Positions 57,234-64,000 of a stretch of 64,000 nt of DNA are shown piece by piece. Position 1 is the stretch's first letter. Every line of letters begins with the position of its first letter. Made by a program: the position numbers and the translations under genes. Origin of the DNA: a bacterium (lineage in GTDB: Bacteria; Bacillota_I; Bacilli_A; RFN20; CAG-288); contig CAVKZJ010000005.1 in assembly GCA_963660905.1 (NCBI GenBank), positions 19,081 through 83,080 on the forward strand, in the 5' to 3' direction. Under the pieces are notes generated by a model that saw only the letters and a program-made list of their open reading frames with translations, made no database searches and was not told where the DNA came from.

Positions 57234-57302
57234 ACTGAAAATATTAATATATAATATATTAAAAAGCAAGGATTTGTTTTTCTTTCAAGAGGAATAGAGG
57301 CC

Positions 57303-58571
57303 TCATCGATTGTCGAATTCACCTGGAACGGTCTTCAGATTCCCAAGTATATCGACATCGATGTTTTCAAAAATAGGTTCATCCGTGTTTTCAAATGTCC
57401 CCCATTCAGATGCTTCTCCCGAGAAATTTTCGAATCGCAAATTCGTGATTTTCGATGAAGGAAATCCACAGAAGGTAAACAGACAAGAGGAAATCTTCTC
57501 AGATGAAAGCGACACATTGGAAAAAGAAAGATCATCGATGAGAGTATCCTTAAGAGACTCATCGATCGGGGCAAGAAGCGTATTCCAGTAAGAAGGGATT
57601 TCTCCCTTATACTCCTTAGGCAATTCGTTCTTGTTATACAGCGGATTCCAATCCAGATAGCAATAGAAAGGATATCTGACTTCCGTCATCGTGATATTGC
57701 TTAAATGGACATTCTTGACATATCCTTTCCGACTCTTCGAGGATTTGATTCGAAATCCACAATCCGAATGATCGAAGACAAGGTTCCTTCCTATGATATT
57801 TTCAATTCCACCCGAAAGTTCGGAACCGATGGAAAGACCATATCCATAATGGAAAAAGCAGTTCTCAATCACGACATTCTTACAGGGACGATGGATTCTC
57901 AACCCGTCCATGTCACGTCCGGACTTGATGGAAATCGCATCATCATTTGTGGAAATATGGCAGGATGAAATAAGGACATCCTCGCTCGAATCGACATCAA
58001 TTCCATCTGTTGATGGAGAGATTGGATTCTCAGAGAATATTTTTAGATTCTTAACTTTTATATTTTTAGAGTAAAGAATATGAACATTCCAAAATGGGGA
58101 ATCATGAATTTCCAGATCCGATAGTGTGAGATTCTTGGAATCCTGGATGAGAATCATCTTCGGTCGAAAACAATCATAGTCGCATGCCCAGCGAAGATGC
58201 TGTTCATCATATTTTTTTCGCATGCCAGACTTCATATCTTTTCCCCAGTACTTTATATACCATGGTTCTCCATCTCCGAGCAGAAGGCCTTTTCCTGATA
58301 TCGTCACATTTTCCAAGGAAATGAAGTTCAGCATGGCAGGATATCCTTCCATCGTGATGCCGGCGATTCTTGTCGAAATCTTCGAAAAGAATTTTTCTTC
58401 GCTCGTGAGTCGAAGAATAGACCCTTCCTCAAAGACGATCTTCATATCAGAATGAAAAAAGAGAGGAGAAATCAGATATTCTCCTTTTGTGAAAACGATT
58501 TGAGATGATCCATCGATCGCCTTTTGAAGTTCTATTGTTCTCTTCGCATCTTTTATCGGATATAAGTTCAC
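57303..58571 (-). CDS. Glycoside hydrolase family 28 (polygalacturonase-like) with no signal peptide.
   Basis: It has STDGIDV, TNDDAISIKSG, GYGLSIGSE and FRIKSS. GTG 58571 has GGAGG 7 nt upstream. The ATG at 58586 has no SD and itself overlaps that SD. Confidence 0.8.
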   Translation of the reverse strand: MNLYPIKDAKRTIELQKAIDGSSQIVFTKGEYLISPLFFHSDMKIVFEEGSILRLTSEEKFFSKISTRIAGITMEGYPAMLNFISLENVTISGKGLLLGDGEPWYIKYWGKDMKSGMRKKYDEQHLRWACDYDCFRPKMILIQDSKNLTLSDLEIHDSPFWNVHILYSKNIKVKNLKIFSENPISPSTDGIDVDSSEDVLISSCHISTNDDAISIKSGRDMDGLRIHRPCKNVVIENCFFHYGYGLSIGSELSGGIENIIGRNLVFDHSDCGFRIKSSKSRKGYVKNVHLSNITMTEVRYPFYCYLDWNPLYNKNELPKEYKGEIPSYWNTLLAPIDESLKDTLIDDLSFSNVSLSSEKISSCLFTFCGFPSSKITNLRFENFSGEASEWGTFENTDEPIFENIDVDILGNLKTVPGEFDNR

Positions 58572-58616
58572 CTGAAAGCCTCCCATAAACAGGAATCCAA
58601 ACAGCGATTTCTTTTT

Positions 58617-58967
58617 CTAGTCCTCTGAGCAGCAATGATGTTCGTGATGACAACACCCATCTTCATCATGATGATGGCCACAGCAGCATTCTCCGTCATG
58701 ATGATGTTCCGGAAGAAGGATCGCGATGCCATTCTCATCAAAATCGAAGATGACATCCTCTAAGGCGTCTTCATCTTCTTTTGTGATGGCAACCTTCAAA
58801 GCGCCATAATTTTTCACTGAAATACCCTCGATTTCATCATTCGAAAGAAGTTCCATATGAATCTCGTATTCTTCATTCTCTTCCGTCAGATAGATTCTCA
58901 AGGCATCCAGTTGATTGTTCTTCAATTCCTCAAGGATATAGTCTTTTGCTTTATCTGTGATTTTCAT
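58617..58967 (-). CDS. Small HesB/IscA-like protein with an extreme His/Cys-rich C-terminal tail.
   Basis: The sequence reads MKITDKAKDYILEELKNNQLDALRIYL...VKNYGALKVAITKEDEDALEDVIFDFDENG, then PEHHHDGECCCGHHHDEDGCCHHEHHCCSED. ATG 58967 has GAGG 7 nt upstream. The fold call is by pattern only. Confidence 0.6.
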   Translation of the reverse strand: MKITDKAKDYILEELKNNQLDALRIYLTEENEEYEIHMELLSNDEIEGISVKNYGALKVAITKEDEDALEDVIFDFDENGIAILLPEHHHDGECCCGHHHDEDGCCHHEHHCCSED

Positions 58968-59026
58968 ACTCATACCTCACTTGAAAATAAGGTACAGAAA
59001 AAGAGGAAAGGAAGCAAGATAAAAAG

Positions 59027-59476
59027 TTATTTTCCAGAATAGAACTGGGTCGAAACGCTATCCGTCTCGATCAGAATCGAATTCTGATTCAAGGCGATAA
59101 GAACATCATCGCAGATTTTATAGACCGTGTCCAAGACGACATCTTCCAAGATGCAGCCGATGGTTTTCTCTTCGGTGATGTTGTTTTTCTCATCCGTCCA
59201 GTAGCCTGTCGCCTCAAAAAGCGTGCATCCGGATGTGTATTTGACACAGATGTCTCTTACTTTCGTCACGCAGACATCATATTCGATTTCCTGCCTATAG
59301 GTATCTTTGTCATTCGTTCCGATATACAGTGTATATTTCGTCATCTGAGACGATTTTTCGACATTCGTCTTGATTTGAAATGCCAAAAGAATGCCTGTCA
59401 GAATCAGATTGATTCCAACGACGACCGAGACAATGATCTTAAATAACTTGTTTTTATCTATTGTTTTTTCTTCCAT
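59027..59476 (-). CDS. DUF3574-like protein with an N-terminal membrane anchor.
   Basis: The TM segment is LFKIIVSVVVGINLILTGILLAF. It is followed by YTLYIGTNDKDT...GCTLFEATGYWTDEKNNITEEKTIGCIL. The SD is AGAGGT. Confidence 0.45.
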   Translation of the reverse strand: MEEKTIDKNKLFKIIVSVVVGINLILTGILLAFQIKTNVEKSSQMTKYTLYIGTNDKDTYRQEIEYDVCVTKVRDICVKYTSGCTLFEATGYWTDEKNNITEEKTIGCILEDVVLDTVYKICDDVLIALNQNSILIETDSVSTQFYSGK

Positions 59477-59537
59477 AAAGTTTTACCTCTTTTCATGATA
59501 AAAGCTGAAAAATCATAAGAAACATCTTCTCTTCTTT

Positions 59538-59558
59538 GAAAAAGCATCCGGACGATGC
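59538..59558 (-). terminator. Small terminator after the GT2 gene.
   Basis: The minus-strand RNA reads GCAUC-GUCCG-GAUGC followed by UUUUUC. Confidence 0.45.
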
Positions 59559-59576
59559 CGAATGCCTCTTATGTGT

Positions 59577-60587
59577 TTAGTTGTATTGGACGAAGAGATG
59601 GGATGCCCAATAGCCGAACTTACCTCCGATATGTCCGAAAAAATTCGGATAAGAACAGAATCCGGCAAATCGCCAGCGGCGATATTTGCGATACTGCTTC
59701 TTGTTCTTCGCCTTGCATTCCTTGTTGAACTCCTTGAGATCCTTCATGCTTTCTTTCGTATGCGAGAGCTGAGCATACATCAAAGCCTCAATATGAATAA
59801 TGAAATACTGATGCGTCAGAAGCTTATAGAGCTTCTTGTTGTATTTATAGTCATACTGATTGACTTCCATAAAGCAGGCCTTGGCAATCTTGAGATAATC
59901 CTTGTATCTCTTGATAGCGAATTCCTTGGAGACGGACTGGCCCGGTCTTCCGACATAATAACAATAGAGACGGATAGGAAGATAATAGAGTTTCTGAATA
60001 TGCGGAAGTGGAACATAGATGAAATAATTATCATCATAGAATGTCTTGCGAGGAATATTCAGTCCGAGCGGACGCAAAAAATCCACACGATAGGCGACCG
60101 AATGGATCGTCAGATACTGGTCAACCTTGAACTTCTTGATATCCGAAAAGGCGAATTCCTTTCTGGCAGGGAAGCAGGACTGATACGTGATTGTCTGAAT
60201 TGGTTCTTCCTTGCAGAAATATTCATAGTCGGTGACGATGCAGTCGATATCCTTGTTGGATTTTTCGATGGTATCAAGGAATTCCATCAATGCATCCTTA
60301 TCGACCCAGTCATCGGAATCAACCACTTTCAAATAATATCCGGAAGCCAATTCGATTCCCTTCGAGACACCGGAGCCATGTCCGCCATTCTCCTGGTGGA
60401 CAACGCGGATGATCGATGGATATTTTTCCTGATAGGCATCCGCAATCTTCGCAGTATCATCTTTGCTTCCATCATCAATGACGATGATTTCGACTTTTTC
60501 TCCTCCCAAAAGAAGAGATTCCAGGCACTTTTTCATATAATCCTGGGAATTATAACAGCAGACGACAAACGAAACGAGTTTTCTCAT
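59577..60587 (-). CDS. Family 2 glycosyltransferase.
   Basis: It has SFVVCCYNSQDYMKKCLESLL, IIVIDDGSKDDT and VVDSDDW. The SD is GGAGG. Confidence 0.85.
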   Translation of the reverse strand: MRKLVSFVVCCYNSQDYMKKCLESLLLGGEKVEIIVIDDGSKDDTAKIADAYQEKYPSIIRVVHQENGGHGSGVSKGIELASGYYLKVVDSDDWVDKDALMEFLDTIEKSNKDIDCIVTDYEYFCKEEPIQTITYQSCFPARKEFAFSDIKKFKVDQYLTIHSVAYRVDFLRPLGLNIPRKTFYDDNYFIYVPLPHIQKLYYLPIRLYCYYVGRPGQSVSKEFAIKRYKDYLKIAKACFMEVNQYDYKYNKKLYKLLTHQYFIIHIEALMYAQLSHTKESMKDLKEFNKECKAKNKKQYRKYRRWRFAGFCSYPNFFGHIGGKFGYWASHLFVQYN

Positions 60588-60783
60588 ATAAGCCTCCTCA
60601 TCTTCTAAAAAGATGAATTCCTCGACTCCGCATAAAATATTGCACTCTTTCTCATTATATCACTTAAGGCGCATTATCCTACAGAAACAATTCAAATTGT
60701 TTCGTGCTCTTTTTTATTCTTTGACTGACAATAGTATACACAACATTTCACCGAACGAAAACAAAACATTTCTCCAACTCGCC

Positions 60784-62199
60784 TCAAAGGGCAGGTTCTC
60801 TTTCCGAATTTCGCTTTTTTTCATTCAGCTTATGAAAGATTTGGGATGTGAAAAAGATCGTAAGCAGAAAAGAAAGAACATCGGCAATCATCGGTGCAAA
60901 AAGAAGAGTGACAATTCCACTTCCTGCCTGTTTCTGTTCCGAAACAAAGGGAATCAGGATAACGAGAGGGATATAGAAAAGAAGATCTCTTGACAAAGAA
61001 GCAATCGTCGCCTGAATCGGATACCCACAAGATTGGAAGAAGATAGAAGAAAACTTGATAAAACAAGTCAGGATTGTCGTCGAAAGGAATAAACGGAAGA
61101 CCAATCTTCCATATTCCATATAAAGCACATCTTCTTTTCCACCGAACATCATCACAAACATGTCCGGGAATACCTCAAAAAGGAACGTGAAGAAAGCACT
61201 GATGATCAATGTGGAGACAAGGATCAGTCGATATGTCTTTTTTACGCGATCGATCTTTCCAGCTCCGATATTGTATCCGATGATCGGCTGTCCTCCAAGA
61301 ACGATTCCGACAACGATATTCAAGACAATCGTATAGACTTTCGTTTCAATCGATGTGACGGAAATCGGAATATCCTGACCATATTTGGAAAGATTTCCAT
61401 AACGGACGAGCATCGAATTGAGCACAAGAGAGACGACAGCCACGGAAACCTGCGTGATGAAGGAGCTGATTCCCAATAGAAACGGTTCCTTGAAATTCGA
61501 AAAATCCGGAATGAATGATTTTTTATCCAAGCGGAATGATTTCGGATGCAGGAAATAGATTGCACAGAAGAAGAAGGAGACGACCTGTCCGATGACCGTC
61601 GCCCAGGCGGCCCCAGCAATGCCAAAATCGCAGGCATAGATAAAGACTGGATCGAGAATGATGTTCAGAATCGCTCCACTTAGCGTCGCAATCATGCTAT
61701 ATCCGGGAGAACCATCTCCTCGGATGACGCCATTGAGCATGTTCTGGAGCATATAGACAGGAAAGAATCCTATGAGAATATGAAGATACTCCTTCGCTAA
61801 AGGCAGTGTCTTTTCACTTGCTCCGCAAAAAAGAAGAATCTCATCATCAAAAAGCAGGCCGAAGAGAATGATCAGCAAACCGGAAAGAAGCGTCAAAAGA
61901 ATGCCTAATCCGATGGCCTTGCTGGCTTTCTCGGGTTGTTTTCTTCCCTGGCAGATGCTCAGATAGGAGCAGCATCCATCTCCAAACCACCAGGCAAAGC
62001 CCTGTGTGAGCAAGACAAGAGGAAACACAACGCCTGTCGCCGCATTCCCAAGATACCCTAAGGAAGAATTTCCGACGAAGATCTGATCGACCATGTTGTA
62101 TAAGGAGGAAATCAATAAAGACGCCATGCAGGGAAGAGAGAACTTGAAAAGAAGGCGTCCGACATTTTCCTGATCCAATGTATATGTCTTTGTTTTCAT
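60784..62199 (-). CDS. MATE family efflux transporter.
   Basis: The protein is 471 aa with 12 TM segments and the typical N-terminus LLFKFSLPCMASLLISSLYNMVDQIFVG. Confidence 0.85.
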   Translation of the reverse strand: MKTKTYTLDQENVGRLLFKFSLPCMASLLISSLYNMVDQIFVGNSSLGYLGNAATGVVFPLVLLTQGFAWWFGDGCCSYLSICQGRKQPEKASKAIGLGILLTLLSGLLIILFGLLFDDEILLFCGASEKTLPLAKEYLHILIGFFPVYMLQNMLNGVIRGDGSPGYSMIATLSGAILNIILDPVFIYACDFGIAGAAWATVIGQVVSFFFCAIYFLHPKSFRLDKKSFIPDFSNFKEPFLLGISSFITQVSVAVVSLVLNSMLVRYGNLSKYGQDIPISVTSIETKVYTIVLNIVVGIVLGGQPIIGYNIGAGKIDRVKKTYRLILVSTLIISAFFTFLFEVFPDMFVMMFGGKEDVLYMEYGRLVFRLFLSTTILTCFIKFSSIFFQSCGYPIQATIASLSRDLLFYIPLVILIPFVSEQKQAGSGIVTLLFAPMIADVLSFLLTIFFTSQIFHKLNEKKRNSEREPAL

Positions 62200-63434
62200 C
62201 TGGCGGCTCCATATTCTTGTCTTTCTTCATCAGACATTTTCTTGTCACGCAACGAAAGTCTCGCATTGATGATCTCATGAGAGATGACCATCAACACAGC
62301 CAATCCAATCACGACAAACGGAAGCATCTCGAATTGATTGCTCTTCTTGGCAACCAAGCCATAGAGAGGCGAAATCAAGAGATTTCCGCAATAGGCAATC
62401 GCCATTTCCAGCCCCATCATGTGCTGAGAGAGTGTTTTTGAGAAACGATAAGGCGTCGAACGGATGATGGCGGGATAAATCGGCGCACATCCGATTCCAA
62501 TCATGATGAATCCGACGATAGATAGGACATTCGAAAAAGGAAGGCAGGCGAGAATCGCTCCCAAAAGAAGAATCGACTCCCCCATTCGCATCATGTTCTT
62601 CTCGTTGACTTTCAAGGAAATCGGTCCGCAGACGAAACGACCGATGGTGATTCCGATATAGAACATGGAATCCAGACGAGCTGATTGCTGCGTGTCGAAG
62701 CCTCTGGCCTGGAAAAAGAAGCCTCCCCAATTCCCGGTTGTCGTCTCCAAGGCACAATAGCAGAAGAAACCGAGAAGAGAGAGATAGAACACCGGATTAT
62801 GAAGAAGACCCTTCTTGGAAACATTGCCATTTTCATTTTTTTCTTCCGGCTTGGCAAGCTGACTTTCATTTTCTGCCTTTCCCCAAAGAGGAAGGCTTAA
62901 GAAAGTGATGATGGCAATCGAAAACTGAATAAGGCTGATGAGCAGGATTCCCTTGTTCCATCCCGCTGATTGATTGCTCGAGTCGATAAACGGGGCAATC
63001 AAAAGAGGAGATAAGGAAGCGCCGATTCCCCAGGAACAGTGAAGCCAATTCATATGGATGGCCTTGTAATGCAAAGCCACATAATTGTTCAAGGCCGAGT
63101 CGATGGCGCCAGCGCCAAGTCCGAGCAGGATGGCGATCAAAAAGAACGCCCAAACATAATCCGCCGTAACCAGAGAGAAAAGAACAAGTCCGCACGCCGT
63201 TAAAAGAATCGAAAAGCCAACCACGAATTTGGTTGTGAATTTCTTTATCATTCTCTCGGAAAGAAGCGAAGAAAGAATCGTGCATGCGCTGATGACCATG
63301 CCGATATATCCGGCTAGGTCTTCACGAGCCGAAAGATTCGATGCGATTGCAGGAAAAGTGCTTCCCAAAACACTATCTGGAAGTCCTAACGAAATGAAAA
63401 TCAGATAGATAATGACCAATAAGAGGATACTCAT
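62196..63434 (-). CDS. MFS transporter. The start is uncertain (63434, 63485 or 63518).
   Basis: It has 12 TM-like segments and the first-helix pattern LGLPDSVLGSTFPAI. Its stop overlaps the MATE start in ATGA. Confidence 0.7.
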   Translation of the reverse strand: MSILLLVIIYLIFISLGLPDSVLGSTFPAIASNLSAREDLAGYIGMVISACTILSSLLSERMIKKFTTKFVVGFSILLTACGLVLFSLVTADYVWAFFLIAILLGLGAGAIDSALNNYVALHYKAIHMNWLHCSWGIGASLSPLLIAPFIDSSNQSAGWNKGILLISLIQFSIAIITFLSLPLWGKAENESQLAKPEEKNENGNVSKKGLLHNPVFYLSLLGFFCYCALETTTGNWGGFFFQARGFDTQQSARLDSMFYIGITIGRFVCGPISLKVNEKNMMRMGESILLLGAILACLPFSNVLSIVGFIMIGIGCAPIYPAIIRSTPYRFSKTLSQHMMGLEMAIAYCGNLLISPLYGLVAKKSNQFEMLPFVVIGLAVLMVISHEIINARLSLRDKKMSDEERQEYGAAR

Positions 63435-63571
63435 AGTATGAGAAGTATACGGAGAGAGATGAAGAAAAACAATCCAATTCTTCATTTTTTCGCTATGAAA
63501 GCGGAAACTTGTATACATAATAGGGAAAGACTACCAAATATGTCGAAAAAACAACAATTTACGATTGAACG

Positions 63572-63600
63572 TTGTAAAAGGGCTTACATCATCCTAAAAT
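63572..63600 (+). promoter_or_regulatory. Candidate promoter with an overlapping inverted repeat, upstream of the GPH transporter gene.
   Basis: TTGTAA (63572..63577), a 17-nt spacer, then TAAAAT (63595..63600). TGTAA-N6-TTACA at 63573..63588 overlaps the -35 and spacer. Confidence 0.4.
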
Positions 63601-63628
63601 AAATCTAGATTTTTACAAGGAGAAACTT

Positions 63629-64000
63629 ATGGAAAACAAAGCTTCAAAAAAATCAGTATTCGAATCTCCTTTACTGTCGACGAAAATCAAATCGGCAAAT
63701 GTCACCCTTCTTCCCGAAGCTGGATTAGGCTACCTCGTCGGTCCTATCCTTGCCTTGATGAGCAATGGTGTCATCAACATTTGGCTCGTCCAGTACTGGG
63801 ACAAAGTCTTGATGTTAGGTTCATGGGCCCCGCTCTTCCAAACCCTTTTACCGATTCTCTCTGCCGTCTTGATCATTATTGGCAATCTATTTGTTGGCAA
63901 ACTGATGGAAAGAAAACCTTCCATCGCAGGCAAAGCGAGACCTTTGATCCTCATTGCCATGCCATTCATTGCCGTTGCCTTATTGGCCTTGTTCATCGTT
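63629..64000 (+). CDS. Glycoside-pentoside-hexuronide (GPH) family sugar:cation symporter, 5' part only; it runs off the window.
   Basis: Hand translation gives MENKASKKSVFESPLLSTKIKSANVTLLPEAGLGYLVGPI...GKLMERKPSIAGKARPLILIAMPF, which carries the GK.RP loop motif. The SD is AAGGAG. Confidence 0.65.
   Translation, partial: MENKASKKSVFESPLLSTKIKSANVTLLPEAGLGYLVGPILALMSNGVINIWLVQYWDKVLMLGSWAPLFQTLLPILSAVLIIIGNLFVGKLMERKPSIAGKARPLILIAMPFIAVALLALFIV

Noticed and set aside
63573-63588. A catabolite-responsive element (cre) upstream of the GPH transporter.
   Set aside because: The arms match TGTAA/TTACA, but the element is 16 bp with no central CG, unlike the 14-bp cre consensus.
1-64000. An alternative genetic code (UGA=Trp, Mollicutes-like), considered because of the lineage flavour of some genes.
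   Set aside because: TGA terminates several well-defined genes in ATGA overlaps (ftsK, the M16-like gene, rimI, tsaB, the MFS transporter). No conserved gene needs an in-frame TGA read-through.
1-64000. Mobile elements, prophage remnants, CRISPR arrays, toxin-antitoxin pairs and known multi-gene defence systems.
   Set aside because: I saw no transposase, integrase or recombinase motifs, no spaced identical repeats of 25-40 nt, and no small adjacent gene pairs typical of TA modules. The only accessory-looking loci are the two AT-rich orphan ATPase genes, reported separately.

Overview
This is a gene-dense chromosomal segment: about 48 protein genes, with no rRNA, tRNA, CRISPR array, transposase or integrase recognised. 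It comes from a PolC-type low-GC Gram-positive bacterium. The standard genetic code applies, because TGA is used as a stop in several ATGA start/stop overlaps. All calls rest on motif recognition by eye and hand reverse-complementing; no searches were run.

Most of the window is housekeeping:
- nrdD-nrdG
- pepO, a Nudix hydrolase and a C69 dipeptidase
- a tightly coupled unit of ftsK, two M16-like genes, a pullulanase and plsC
- galK, gltX, recX-yhaM
- a long operon of a DUF3137-like gene, tsaE-tsaB-rimI-tsaD, asnS, a hypothetical gene and galE
- type III glutamine synthetase and aspartase
- polC, and rpsB-tsf-pyrH-frr-uppS-cdsA-dxr-rseP
- a small accessory block holding GH28, a GT2, and MATE, MFS and GPH transporters

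I did not find a convincing multi-gene novel system. The leads I would follow first are:
1. A stand-alone, AT-rich AAA_14/DUF4143-type ATPase gene with a PD-(D/E)xK-like C-terminus. Its near-consensus promoter, 5' leader and SD are overlaid by four CGCTTTT cores spaced exactly 33 bp apart.
2. A 1113-aa bitopic protein with six cytoplasmic repeats of about 44 aa, one TM helix, and outside Listeria-Bacteroides-repeat-like and DUF6273-like parts. It is coupled to a DUF5662/HD-like gene.
3. A small HesB/IscA-like protein ending in an extreme His/Cys tail, in a three-gene unit with a DUF3574-like protein and a signal-less GH28.
4. An ABC-F ATPase whose second ATP site is degenerate on both halves.
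5. A second orphan ATPase gene broken by a 1-nt frameshift in a C4 run and preceded by a duplicated start region.

Many long antisense ORFs in the supplied track are codon-aligned shadows of real genes and were rejected.
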